From a virus: a DNA stretch of 64,000 nucleotides. The stretch lies in the IMG/VR virus record IMGVR_UViG_3300028588_000020, positions 6,035 to 70,034 of that record; one strand, written 5' to 3'. A program made the translations under genes and the position numbers. This document shows positions 46,046-56,086 of this stretch, in pieces (position 1 is the first letter of the stretch; each line of letters starts with the position of its first letter). The notes under the pieces are model-generated. The model was not told where the DNA came from, ran no database searches, and saw only the letters and a list, made by a program, of their open reading frames with translations.

Positions 46046-46969
46046 ATGCAGCCCGAAGCCACCGGCAAATACCCAGCGTTCCGCGCCTTTCAGCATAAGC
46101 ACCTTGTCTACGCCATCGCCGTGGTCAGCGTGGCGCGTGCTGCCATCGATCCCGACGAGCATCCCCTGGCGGCCGCCTACCGCCCGCTGGTGGTGGGCTA
46201 TGAGGATGGCGCCCAAGAGACGATTGGCCTGAATGATCGCCGCATCGCTTTCAGTCCTCACCCTGTCCCGGGCGACTACCTTGTGCGGGCCGATGGCGTC
46301 GAGCGCTTCGTGCCAGGGCACGAGTTCTACAACACCTACGTCAGCGCGGATCTGCCCACCGTGCGCCGCCTGTCGCGCCTGATCCCGGTGGAGCACACGC
46401 CGCCGCGCCCGGCCGAGGATCTGCTGGCCGGCGGCAAGGTCAATACCGCCGAGCTGGCCCGCCGCTGGTCGAACCTCGAAGCCTGCACCTATCCGCCGGT
46501 GGCGCCGATCGTGGTCAATCCCAGCCCGACGGATCTGGCCGAGCTCAAGACCATCCTGGCCCACCAGAACCGCACGCCACGCATGCCCATCGTGCGCATG
46601 GTCGATCGCCCGCACCCGGCGGATCTGTCGGTCAACGACGTGTTCGATCTGACCGACGATGCCGAGCGCCTGCTGGGCATTTCGCGCGAGCTGCTGTTCG
46701 CTGGCCCGGTGCTGATCCCCGATCCTGAGCTGGCGCCCGGGTTCGAGCGCATCACCCACGTGCCGGCGCTGTCGCTGCTGGAGCACCGGAAAGACGACTG
46801 GTTCGAGGTGCGCGTGCATAACAACCGCGTGCATGGCGTGGTGATCCTCAAGCGCGAATGGCTGATGGCGCACAAGCCCGAGGTGGGCGGCGCCATCCGC
46901 ATGGCCACCGATGGCCAGCACGAGTATTTGCCGCCGGTTATCACACCCGAAAAAGTCGTGACGCCATAG
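46046..46969 (+). CDS. Hypothetical protein with PGDY-type motif
   Basis: PVPGDYLV...F..TY and WLMAHKPEVGG; late-promoter motif upstream. Confidence 0.65.
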   Translation: MQPEATGKYPAFRAFQHKHLVYAIAVVSVARAAIDPDEHPLAAAYRPLVVGYEDGAQETIGLNDRRIAFSPHPVPGDYLVRADGVERFVPGHEFYNTYVSADLPTVRRLSRLIPVEHTPPRPAEDLLAGGKVNTAELARRWSNLEACTYPPVAPIVVNPSPTDLAELKTILAHQNRTPRMPIVRMVDRPHPADLSVNDVFDLTDDAERLLGISRELLFAGPVLIPDPELAPGFERITHVPALSLLEHRKDDWFEVRVHNNRVHGVVILKREWLMAHKPEVGGAIRMATDGQHEYLPPVITPEKVVTP

Positions 46970-47015
46970 TTCCTTCACTTTCAAGGCGAAAGCCATTAAC
47001 TAGGAGTTGTACCTG

Positions 47016-47459
47016 ATGAAACTGTTCCAATCGCTGTCCCGCATCCTCGCCGCCCGCATCCTCGCCATCGAGCCAGTGCAGCACCAGCCAGCGCAGACCG
47101 CTGCCGCTGCCGCCGCCCAGCAGGCTTTGCCGTCGCATGCCCTGCGCACCGATGCGGAAACCATGCACGTGGGCGCCGAGTGGATGGCCAACCACCGCCC
47201 CGAGGTCGGCGGCTTCATCGTCATGAACGAGCAGCAGCAGGCCAGCTATGCGCCGGCCCACGCCATCATGACCGGCTTCATCTGCATCGGCGAGGTCGAT
47301 CTGGCTGGCCAGCAGGCCCCACAAGGCACGAACGCGCCCGAGGCGGCACCAGCACCAGCCGAAGCGCCGCAAGCGCCAGCAGCGCCCGTTCCTGCCGTCC
47401 GTGGCGCCCGCACCAAGGCCGCCGCCCGCAAGCCATCCACCCGCGCACGCAAAGGCTGA
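47016..47459 (+). CDS. Hypothetical protein (paralogous W..HxPxxGG motif)
   Basis: AGGAG RBS; WMANHRPEVGGFIV. Confidence 0.6.
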   Translation: MKLFQSLSRILAARILAIEPVQHQPAQTAAAAAAQQALPSHALRTDAETMHVGAEWMANHRPEVGGFIVMNEQQQASYAPAHAIMTGFICIGEVDLAGQQAPQGTNAPEAAPAPAEAPQAPAAPVPAVRGARTKAAARKPSTRARKG

Positions 47460-47461
47460 CC

Positions 47462-48061
47462 ATGTACCCATCCGCACCGATCGAGATCCTCGGGATCGAA
47501 ATGCTGCCCGATGGCGGCGCCAACCTGATCCTGCCGGGCAACGGCACCGCCCTGGTCGGCCCCGACTGGCTGGCCCAGCAGCAGCCGCAGATCGGCGGCT
47601 ACATCGTGGCGCCCGCCGCCGAGAGCGTCTGGATCGCCCTGCCGCCGGCGCCGCGCCCGGCCGAGATCGCCCGCCTGAGCCTGAAACCGGGCGACACGCT
47701 GCTGATCTCGGCGCCTGGCAACCTGACGCGCGAGCAGCGCCACGCCCTGCACATGCAGGCGGCGGCCGTGGTCCCGGCCGACGTCACCATCGTGTTCAAG
47801 GAACCCGGCGTGGAATACAGCGTGATCGAGGCCCCGGCCCCGGTCGCAATCCCGCCTGAGATCACCGAGATCTCGCGCCTGAGCCTGCGCGCCGGCGATA
47901 CCCTGGTGTTCACCCATCCGGACGATATGTCGCTCGACGCCGTGGGCCGCGTGCTGGCGGAGCTCAACAAGATGACGCCCGAGGGCGTGATCGTCATGGG
48001 CAAGCCGAAGCGCATGGAGCTGTCCGTGGTCGAGGCTGGCGCCACCAGCGTGGAGGGCTGA
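47462..48061 (+). CDS. Hypothetical protein (paralogous motif plus internal repeat)
   Basis: WLAQQQPQIGGYIV; RLSL(K/R)xGDTL occurs twice. Confidence 0.6.
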   Translation: MYPSAPIEILGIEMLPDGGANLILPGNGTALVGPDWLAQQQPQIGGYIVAPAAESVWIALPPAPRPAEIARLSLKPGDTLLISAPGNLTREQRHALHMQAAAVVPADVTIVFKEPGVEYSVIEAPAPVAIPPEITEISRLSLRAGDTLVFTHPDDMSLDAVGRVLAELNKMTPEGVIVMGKPKRMELSVVEAGATSVEG

Positions 48062-48065
48062 TGCC

Positions 48066-48881
48066 ATGAGCGCGCTGCGCAAGATCTACCTGCAGGGCGG
48101 CCCTGACAGCACTGATATTCAGGTGTTCGACTCGGCCACTGGCGCCCTGATCAAGCACGTGGTCAAGATCGAGCTGACCATCACGCCCGAGGGCGGCGCG
48201 CTCGCCCACATCACCACCGTGCACGCGGTCGACGGCTTCGCGCTGCTGGCCAGCGGCGAGGTCGAGGAGCTGCCTGGCGCTGCATTCCGCCTGATCTCCG
48301 ACGACGAGCGCGAGGAAGCGATCGCCGCCGGCGGCGTGGATCCGGCCAGCGTCGGCTTCTATGCCAGCCCGCTGGGCGTGCCGATCGAGGAGCCGGCCGC
48401 GAGCGTCAACGATATAACGATACCTGGCGCTGCCGCCTACACCGCCGAACCGGATCCGGCCGGCAGCGAGTTCCGCCTGCACCCGGCTGACGCGCCAGTG
48501 GCCGAGGAGCTGCTGCCCGGCCTGAACGCGGCGATCGCCGCTGCCCCGGTCACCCTGTGCCGCCCCCAGCGCCTGCGCAAGCCGCGCGTGGCCAAGCCCA
48601 AGGTCGAGGAGCCTGGCCTGATCGAGCAGATGCCCAAGCCGGCCGAAGGCGTGCGCCGCGCCCCGCCGCCCGAGGATATCAGCGAGGCGGACAAGGAATT
48701 CCTGCGCACCGTGCTGGCGCCGCCCGAGCCGGATCTGTCGGCCGAGGACAAGGATGAGCTGACTATGCTGCTGGCCAGCGCCAACACCACCGCGCCCGAG
48801 CCGCGCGCTACACTGCCGCCTGGCACGCCCTGGCCGTTCGACACTAAACCCCGCCTGTTCGAGAGAAAACCCGATGCTTGA
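48066..48881 (+). CDS. Pro/Ala/Glu-rich hypothetical protein
   Basis: In operon; plausible codon usage. Confidence 0.6.
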   Translation: MSALRKIYLQGGPDSTDIQVFDSATGALIKHVVKIELTITPEGGALAHITTVHAVDGFALLASGEVEELPGAAFRLISDDEREEAIAAGGVDPASVGFYASPLGVPIEEPAASVNDITIPGAAAYTAEPDPAGSEFRLHPADAPVAEELLPGLNAAIAAAPVTLCRPQRLRKPRVAKPKVEEPGLIEQMPKPAEGVRRAPPPEDISEADKEFLRTVLAPPEPDLSAEDKDELTMLLASANTTAPEPRATLPPGTPWPFDTKPRLFERKPDA

Positions 48882-49062
48882 TATCGACACCGTCACCACC
48901 GTGGGCGGCGAAACGATCGTCGTCCCGCTGCAGTACAGCCGCGATGAGCCGCTGGCCAAGGCCTACCCGGCCGCCGCGCTGCTGGATGGCCCCGGCTGGA
49001 CCTGTATGAAGTGCGGCCACCGCAACCGCATCACGGCCGCCATGTGCATCGAATGCGAATGA
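48874..49062 (+). CDS. RanBP2-type zinc finger protein
   Basis: WTCMKCGHRNRITAAMCIEC matches W-x-C-x2-C-x3-N-x6-C-x2-C. Confidence 0.65.
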   Translation: MLDIDTVTTVGGETIVVPLQYSRDEPLAKAYPAAALLDGPGWTCMKCGHRNRITAAMCIECE

Positions 49063-49095
49063 CCCCACCCACCACCACCGAAACACCCTGAATCC

Positions 49096-49878
49096 ATGAG
49101 CAACCTGATCCTGGCCGATGCCCTCGGCACCATCTACCACCAACCTGCGCCAGCGTCGGCACTGCCGCCCGCGCCCGCCTTCGAGACCCTGGGAGCTGAA
49201 CCCTTGAACCTGCTGCAGCGTTACAAAACCAACACCGTGGGCCGCGACTTCGTGGTCGGCGATCTGCGCGGCTGCACCGAGCTGCTGGACGAGCTGCTCG
49301 CCGAGATCGGTTTCAACAAGCGCGTCGACCGCCTGTTCGCCACCGGGAACGTGGTCGGCGATGCCGGCAAGAACAAGGCCGCCGTGATCGAGCTGCTGCG
49401 CCAACCCTGGTTCAAGACCGTGGGCGGCAACCGCGAGGAAATTCTGATGCGCGAGTGGGTCGCGGCCGGCTCACCCGGGAACGTGGTCGAGGTGATCGAC
49501 CTGATCGCGGATCTGCCCCTGGTCATCGTGGTGGGCGAGGGCAGCACCAAGTTTCAGGTCATCCACGGCGAGTTCCTCGGCCCCGATGAGGCCCTGGAAG
49601 ATATCCTGGAGAACGCCACCACGCACAGCACCCTGCCGCTGTCGCTCACCTGGGGCCGCGATCTGATCGACGGCAAGGTCGACGCCAGTGTGCAAGAGGG
49701 CCTGTCGCCCACGTTCAGCGGCCACGTGCCGGTGCTGCAAGTGTCGGCCCTGGGGAGCCAGATCTACATCGACACCGGCGCCGGCCTGCCCGATCGCGCC
49801 GGCGAGGCGAACGGCCTCACGATCGTGGAGCCGAAGACGGCCGAGATCTGGCGCTCGAAGGCAAGCGCGCACGCTTGA
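49096..49878 (+). CDS. Metallophosphoesterase (NinI/PrpA-like), catalytic motifs degenerate
   Basis: GRDFVVGDLRG, GNRE, IHG, GHVP and IDTGA. Confidence 0.8.
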   Translation: MSNLILADALGTIYHQPAPASALPPAPAFETLGAEPLNLLQRYKTNTVGRDFVVGDLRGCTELLDELLAEIGFNKRVDRLFATGNVVGDAGKNKAAVIELLRQPWFKTVGGNREEILMREWVAAGSPGNVVEVIDLIADLPLVIVVGEGSTKFQVIHGEFLGPDEALEDILENATTHSTLPLSLTWGRDLIDGKVDASVQEGLSPTFSGHVPVLQVSALGSQIYIDTGAGLPDRAGEANGLTIVEPKTAEIWRSKASAHA

Positions 49879-49944
49879 CCACCCGAGGCCGGGCGGGCAC
49901 ACTGGCTCGGCGATTGATTAAGTCTTGGGAAACGGAACCGTTTG

Positions 49945-49974
49945 GGGCGGGCTTGCGGGCCTGCCCTTTTTTTT
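49945..49974 (+). terminator. Intrinsic terminator
   Basis: GGGCGGGC/GCCTGCCC stem followed by T8. Confidence 0.8.
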
Positions 49975-50062
49975 GCAAGTTTTCCCGCTTTTATGCAAAT
50001 TCATCCCGGTTTTGTGCATTTTTTCCCGCTTTGATGCGGTTTTATGCACATTCGTGGTGACT

Positions 50063-50326
50063 TTATGCAGTCACCATCGAGCGGTAGCCGCGCGCCACGG
50101 CGCGATCGAACGCCTCGCGGATGGCGTCATTGCTTTCCACCATCACCGGGCCGAGCAGCTTGGGACTGTAGGTGCGGCAGCGCGTCTTGTCGGGGCAGGA
50201 TGCCGAGAGCGTGGCCGGCATCCCGAAGAACGCGATCAGGGACAGGCGGTATTCGCCGAATTGGCCAAGGTCGATCTGCTGGATCATGGGCGCTCCTGAT
50301 GGTGGTGGGATAGTGCCGCTGGACAA
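50063..50326 (-). CDS. Small hypothetical protein
   Basis: AGGAG precedes the internal ATG (MIQQIDLG); AT-rich upstream region. Confidence 0.5.
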   Translation of the reverse strand: MSSGTIPPPSGAPMIQQIDLGQFGEYRLSLIAFFGMPATLSASCPDKTRCRTYSPKLLGPVMVESNDAIREAFDRAVARGYRSMVTA

Positions 50327-50527
50327 TATCCTGACAAATTGATATCAGTCAAGGCATTTCCCCTGATTATCAATAAAAATCGTCAAGTTTGGCGCGCTGC
50401 GCTGGTGCTGGCGCTGGGCGATAGTGGCCACTTACACAATGCGGCCGCTGCCATGCCGAATCGGACCCCCTGTAGCGCTGGGCGGCTGTCGTGACGGTAG
50501 GGTTGTGCAATCTCCACAAGGACGGCT

Positions 50528-53500
50528 ATGCACAACCCAAATTTCTACGGCGGGCACGCCCCGCTGCTCATGTTCGCCAAGGCCACGCAAAAAAAGCAGG
50601 TCTGGATCCCGCAGTTCACCAAGCAGAACGGCCAGGTGGTGGGTGGGCACTTCGCTCACGTGCACGTTACCGACGATCACGATGATCACAAGGTGGCCAG
50701 CGGTCAGGGCTCGCACTCGCAAAAGAAGGCGCACGCCGCGCTGTCGGCCGAGGAGCCGCATTTCGCCGGCATGAGCCCGGCCGACAAGGCGGCGCTGATC
50801 ATGCACCACGCTACGCAGATTCAGGATGGCGAATCGGCCGCCGCGCGCCTGGCCACCCTGCGCAAGAAGCTGCTGGGCGGATCCGCGCCCACCCCCGGCG
50901 AATGGAAGCACTTCCACGCTGCCCCGGCCGACAAGAAAGAGAAGATCACCGCCGACGTGCAGGAAGCGGGCCACGGCGATCTGATGGCCACGCTGTATGC
51001 CGAGTGGGAAGCCAAGCAGCCCGCCGCGCCGCAGGAAGCGCCCGCCAAGGCCGCCGAACCGAAAGCCGAGGGGAAAGCCGCACCCGAGCCCGAGAAGGCC
51101 GCCACGGCCCCTGAGATCAAGGGCGAGGGCATGGCTTCGCTGGAGCGCCTGAGCAACAAGATCGACGGCCTGCTCAACGACAAGACGGCCGAGTCGCTGG
51201 CCGAGCTGCAAAAGATCGAAGCCAGCCTCACGCACCTGCTGCCCGAGCTCAAGCCCGAGGCGCAGTTCGCCGCCGATGGCCTGCTCAACTACCTGTCACA
51301 GGGGATCGAGGAGGGCAAGGCGGCGCTGGAGGCCGCTGGAAAGAAAGCGGCCGAGGAGAAGGCCGCCGATTTACCACCCGCCCCGAAAGCCGCACCACAG
51401 GCCGATGCCGGTGGAAAGGAAACGGCCGCGCCGGCGAAACCTGCCGATCCGGTCAAGTTGCCTGCTGGCGCCCCAGCCAAGCCGAACATCGTGGGCTCGC
51501 TGTCGGCCAAGGCCGTGGTCGACGCCATCGAGCAGGCAATGGCCGAGGGCAGCTTGGCCAAGCTCGATGATGCGATGGGCGACGTGCCGATGACCAGCAC
51601 CAAGCTGAAATGGCAGAAGGTCAAGGATTACGCCGGCAAGGCGCACGCCTTCATCGAGCAGCAGATCAAAAAGCAGCACGACGAGGCGTTCGTGGCCGAG
51701 GCACAGCCGGAAAAGCCCACCATTACACCTGGTGGAAAGACGGAAGATCTGGATCTGCCATACCCGCAATTTCCCGAGGGCCTGACCGGCCTGCTGGCCT
51801 ATGCCACCAACATCAAGGTGGGCCTGCACAGCATGAGCAAGTCCACCATCCGCCAATCGATCAAGGAGATCGAAGGCGCGCTCGATGGCACCACGCCGGC
51901 GCCGGAAAGCAACGCGGCCAAGGTGCTGGCCTATGGCCATGCGGCGGTGGCGTTCATCAAGGCAATGCAGAAGAATCCGAAGCTGCACGAAAAGATGAAG
52001 GCGGCCAAGGCGGCCGAGAAGGCGGCAAAGGCCGATGCCAGCCCGCACGAGGGCGATACCAAGGAAGGCGTGGGCGGCACCCTGGTGCTGAAAGACGGCC
52101 ACTGGATCCTGCAGGGCGCGATCGGCGCGCCGGCGGCCGACTTCATGAAAGAATCGCTCGATGGGCCGCTGCTGGCCAAGGAAGCGGCCGAGGCCTGGCT
52201 GGCCGCCAACCCGGGTAAGGAAGCCGAGCTGTCGGCCGCGCTGGTCGACGTCGTCGGCCTGGCCAGCATCGCCACGGAAATGGGGATCGCCCCGGCCGCT
52301 GCAGCAGCGCCAGCACCAGCCGCGCAGGCATGGGAGGAAGCCGCCACCGAAAAAACGAAGATCGCCGCCAGCGCGCACGCCACGCAGGAGCTGGTGAACA
52401 AGCTGCACGACGCCAAGGTCGCCCTGTCCAACACCAACGCCAAATCGTTCAATCCCAAGGTCGACGCGATCGTCGCGGCCCTGGAAGCGGGCGACGCCAA
52501 GGCGCTGCTGGGCATGGGCTTCGGCACCAACACCTACGGCAAGAAAGCGGCCAAGCTGGCCAACGACGCGCTCGCGCACCTGGGCAGCTCGCACACCGTC
52601 ACCGCTGGCCAGAAAGCCGGCGCGCATGCCGGCCTGCAGGACGCTGCGCCGGCGCCAGCGGCCGAGGTCACCGAGCAGCTCGATACCGCCACCGCCAAGC
52701 TGCAACTGCCGCCGGATCTGGAAGGCAATTTCGAGATCTGGAACTTCGCCAATACGCTCAAGCTGCAACCGAAGCAGCAGCCTGGCGCGCCGGTGTCCGA
52801 GTGGGTCGATGGCGAGGATATGGCCGCCTACGAGGCCCTGGACCAGAACCAGAAAGTGGCCCTGCACGCGGCCATCATCGCGCACGATCCGGCCGGCGCC
52901 GGCGAGCAGCTCAAGGCATGGCTGGACTGGCACTACAACAAGGATCTGGCCACGGCCCTGCCGCCGGTACCGGAAGGCGTCGCCGGTGTCGAGCTGGGCG
53001 CATGCCAAGAGGCGCTGGCCGCCGCCAAAAAAGGCGATCTCAAGACGCTCACCATCATGGCCGATTGCTGCAACGAAATGAGCGTCGGCACCAAGCTGAC
53101 GGATTACGTCAACACCCTGGTGGCGCAGGTCAAGGCCGCCGGACCAACGCCGCCATCGACCACCGGCATGACTGCCACGGTGATGGGTTCGCTGCAGGAT
53201 GCGATCGATGCGTTCAAGGCTGGCGATCTGCACAAGCTCGGCATGTGCAAGTTCAACGTGGCCGGATTCGAGAAGTTCGCGGCGGTCGAGAAATACATCG
53301 ACGAAGCCATGGCGCATCTACACGCCTCGGCTGCACCCGCACCAGCAGCGCCAGCCGTCCCGGCCGCCCTGTCGTTCGATGAGTTCCTGACGCAAGTGCC
53401 GAATGTGCCCGAGATCCCGAGCGCCAACTACACCGCACTCAAGAACATGGTCACCGCCGGCAACCACAAGAACGTGGCCGATATCGTGGCCAACTTCAAG

Positions 53501-56086
53501 GGCGCCGGCGGCATCACCGGCAAGATCGCCGAGGTGGCCGAGGTGGCGCTGAACGCCATGAAGAAAAAGGCCGGCATGCCAGTGATGACCGGGAACCCGG
53601 CGCTGGACGATCCTGCCGCTGATGGCGAAGCCGGCGCCGCCGCCGAGCAAGGCCCGAAGGATGGCGACACCAAGCAGGGCGCAGACGGCATGCTGGTGTT
53701 CCAGAACGGCCGCTGGCACAAGATGGGCACCGATCCCAAGGTGCTGGCGCAGAAGGCCAAGAGCGTGCCGATCCCGGCGCTGTCGGGCAAGTATGCGATC
53801 AACATGAAGCAGACCATGAAGGCGCTGCAGGCGCTGGCCGCCGCCGAGGGCGCTACCGGCCTGGCCAAAATCGTCAAGGTCCAGTCAGACGGCAAGATCA
53901 AGATCAACAAGGGCGCCGGCAACCTCAAGAGCTGGGTTCCGCTGATGCCTGGCGTGAGCGCCGGTGTTGGCGGCAACGCGATGGCCATGGCCGACTACGC
54001 CAAGGCCCTGTTGGGCGCCATGGAAGGCACCAAGGGATCGAGCGCGCCGCAGGCGCCAGCACCGGCCGCCGCAGCGCCGAAAGCCGCGCCAAAGGCCGCA
54101 GCGCCAGCCGCAGCCACCATCGCCACGCCCACGATCGAGAAGGTCGGCAAGATCACCGCCATGGTGGCCGACAAGTGGGAGCAAACCGGCCCGCAGAAGG
54201 GCAGCAACCCGGGCGGCAAGTTCAAGGATGCCAAGGGGCAGGAGTGGTACTGCAAATTCCCGAGCGATCCGGACACGGTGATGAACGAGCTGCTGGCGGC
54301 GAAGTTCTACCAGATGCTGGGCTCGCCGGTACCGGAGCTGCGCCTGGTCAAGAAAGACGGCAAGCTGGGCATCGCCTCGAAGTGGGTGGACGGCATGAAA
54401 AAGGGCACGGCCGACGAGCTGGCCAGCGCACCTGGTGCGCACACCGGCTTCGTGTTCGATGCCTGGCTGGCCAATTGGGACGTGGTGGGCCTGTCCAACG
54501 ATAACCTGCTGCTGGGCGCGGACGGCAAGGCGCTGCGCGTCGACGTGGGCGGCTCGCTCCTGTTCCGCGCGCAGGGCGGCCCGAAAGGCGCCGCGTTCGG
54601 CGAGAACGTCACCGAGCTCGATTCGCTGCTCGACGCCGGCAAGAACCCGCAGTCGGCGGCCGTGTTCAAGAACGTCACCACGGCCGATCTGGAAGCCGGC
54701 GCCAGCGTGCTGGCCAAGATGCACCCGAGCCAGATCAAAAAGCTGTGCGTCACCTTCGGCCCGGGCACCCGCCCCGAGCAGGAAGATCTCGCCGCCAAGC
54801 TGGTGGCGCGCCGCCAGTACATTCTCGACAAGCTGGGCATCGCCGATCCCTGGAACGTCGCGCCGCTGGACAAGACGGCCCTGCCGGTCAACCCGGCCGA
54901 TATGCCGCCGCCGATCGACTTCTCGAACTACCAAGGCACCGGCAAAGGCCTGTCCTCGAAAGAGCACATCAACAAGCAGAACACGATCGATGATGCGGCC
55001 CTGATCGAGTTCGCCAAGAAAGGCAACCTCAAGGCCTTGCAGGAATACCACTACGATGCCTACGACAAGGTTTCGGGCGCGTACCTGGGCAAGAAGCCGA
55101 TCGGCGAGCACCCGAGCAAGGACATCAAGAATCACCACGCCTCGCTGTGTGACCTGCTGTCGGCCGTCGCGCACCCGCCAGTGCAGGGCCTGGACCTGCC
55201 CCCGATCGGCGGTGGTTCGATCGAGGAAGTGTCCGAGGCGGCCGGCTACGTCAAGCCGGGCGAGAACATCAACACTGTCTCGTCCGACAAGGTCGTGGGC
55301 TACTGGATGAAGCTGGGCCACGTGGGCGCCGATGCGGTCAAGGATCTCATGCCGGCGAAAACGTCGTTCCTGACCAAGGATTTCGTGGCCAAGGCAAAGA
55401 GCTGGTACAAGGGCGTTTCCGAGCCCACCAAGGCGCTGGTGAACACCATCCTCGACTCGGGCGCCGGCAACCGCTTCTGGAACGAGGGCAAGAAACACAT
55501 CAAGCTCAACTCGTATAAACACACCTATGACGGCGGCGCGCAGACCCTGGCCAGCACGATCTATCAGGAAGCGTTCGAGTTCGAGGAAGGCCAGACGGTC
55601 GGACGCTGGATGAACCTGCCTGACACCATGAAGGAGCAGCTCCTGAAAGAGGGCGCCGGCCTGGTGCTGCAAAACGCCGACTCCATGTGCGCCTCGATCT
55701 TCAAGGACTGGGGCAACAACGCCAAGTTCGGCAGTGGCGCCTTCGTCAATATCCGCTTCGCCAAGGGCGCCAAGGCCATGGCGTCGCTGGGCTGCGGCCG
55801 CTTCTCGTCCTCGAACACCAATGCGGACGGCGAATATATCCACGCCGGCGGCGGCGGCGAAATGGAAGTCACCACCCTGATGGGTCAGCGCTTCGTGGTG
55901 CTGGAAGTCAAAAAAGGCAACGCATCGAGCCCGAACGGCATCACCCTGGAGCTGCTGGCGCTGCCGCCGCACGAGGGCTACGTGGCCGAGCTGGGCAACA
56001 TGGCCGCGCTCGGTAAATCCCTCACGCTGGGCGCTAACGCATTGCGCAAGATGGTATTATTCTTCCAACCTGTAGAGAGCAAATAA
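50528..56086 (+). CDS. Giant multidomain protein (probable internal virion protein) with a PI3K/HipA-like kinase domain and a C-terminal ADP-ribosyltransferase-like domain
   Basis: WYCK...NELLAAKFY...DAWLANWD...DN...RVDVGGSL (54170-54600); R/SxxS/ExE pattern GRW, SMCAS, EMEV (55590-55910). Confidence 0.75.
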   Translation: MHNPNFYGGHAPLLMFAKATQKKQVWIPQFTKQNGQVVGGHFAHVHVTDDHDDHKVASGQGSHSQKKAHAALSAEEPHFAGMSPADKAALIMHHATQIQDGESAAARLATLRKKLLGGSAPTPGEWKHFHAAPADKKEKITADVQEAGHGDLMATLYAEWEAKQPAAPQEAPAKAAEPKAEGKAAPEPEKAATAPEIKGEGMASLERLSNKIDGLLNDKTAESLAELQKIEASLTHLLPELKPEAQFAADGLLNYLSQGIEEGKAALEAAGKKAAEEKAADLPPAPKAAPQADAGGKETAAPAKPADPVKLPAGAPAKPNIVGSLSAKAVVDAIEQAMAEGSLAKLDDAMGDVPMTSTKLKWQKVKDYAGKAHAFIEQQIKKQHDEAFVAEAQPEKPTITPGGKTEDLDLPYPQFPEGLTGLLAYATNIKVGLHSMSKSTIRQSIKEIEGALDGTTPAPESNAAKVLAYGHAAVAFIKAMQKNPKLHEKMKAAKAAEKAAKADASPHEGDTKEGVGGTLVLKDGHWILQGAIGAPAADFMKESLDGPLLAKEAAEAWLAANPGKEAELSAALVDVVGLASIATEMGIAPAAAAAPAPAAQAWEEAATEKTKIAASAHATQELVNKLHDAKVALSNTNAKSFNPKVDAIVAALEAGDAKALLGMGFGTNTYGKKAAKLANDALAHLGSSHTVTAGQKAGAHAGLQDAAPAPAAEVTEQLDTATAKLQLPPDLEGNFEIWNFANTLKLQPKQQPGAPVSEWVDGEDMAAYEALDQNQKVALHAAIIAHDPAGAGEQLKAWLDWHYNKDLATALPPVPEGVAGVELGACQEALAAAKKGDLKTLTIMADCCNEMSVGTKLTDYVNTLVAQVKAAGPTPPSTTGMTATVMGSLQDAIDAFKAGDLHKLGMCKFNVAGFEKFAAVEKYIDEAMAHLHASAAPAPAAPAVPAALSFDEFLTQVPNVPEIPSANYTALKNMVTAGNHKNVADIVANFKGAGGITGKIAEVAEVALNAMKKKAGMPVMTGNPALDDPAADGEAGAAAEQGPKDGDTKQGADGMLVFQNGRWHKMGTDPKVLAQKAKSVPIPALSGKYAINMKQTMKALQALAAAEGATGLAKIVKVQSDGKIKINKGAGNLKSWVPLMPGVSAGVGGNAMAMADYAKALLGAMEGTKGSSAPQAPAPAAAAPKAAPKAAAPAAATIATPTIEKVGKITAMVADKWEQTGPQKGSNPGGKFKDAKGQEWYCKFPSDPDTVMNELLAAKFYQMLGSPVPELRLVKKDGKLGIASKWVDGMKKGTADELASAPGAHTGFVFDAWLANWDVVGLSNDNLLLGADGKALRVDVGGSLLFRAQGGPKGAAFGENVTELDSLLDAGKNPQSAAVFKNVTTADLEAGASVLAKMHPSQIKKLCVTFGPGTRPEQEDLAAKLVARRQYILDKLGIADPWNVAPLDKTALPVNPADMPPPIDFSNYQGTGKGLSSKEHINKQNTIDDAALIEFAKKGNLKALQEYHYDAYDKVSGAYLGKKPIGEHPSKDIKNHHASLCDLLSAVAHPPVQGLDLPPIGGGSIEEVSEAAGYVKPGENINTVSSDKVVGYWMKLGHVGADAVKDLMPAKTSFLTKDFVAKAKSWYKGVSEPTKALVNTILDSGAGNRFWNEGKKHIKLNSYKHTYDGGAQTLASTIYQEAFEFEEGQTVGRWMNLPDTMKEQLLKEGAGLVLQNADSMCASIFKDWGNNAKFGSGAFVNIRFAKGAKAMASLGCGRFSSSNTNADGEYIHAGGGGEMEVTTLMGQRFVVLEVKKGNASSPNGITLELLALPPHEGYVAELGNMAALGKSLTLGANALRKMVLFFQPVESK

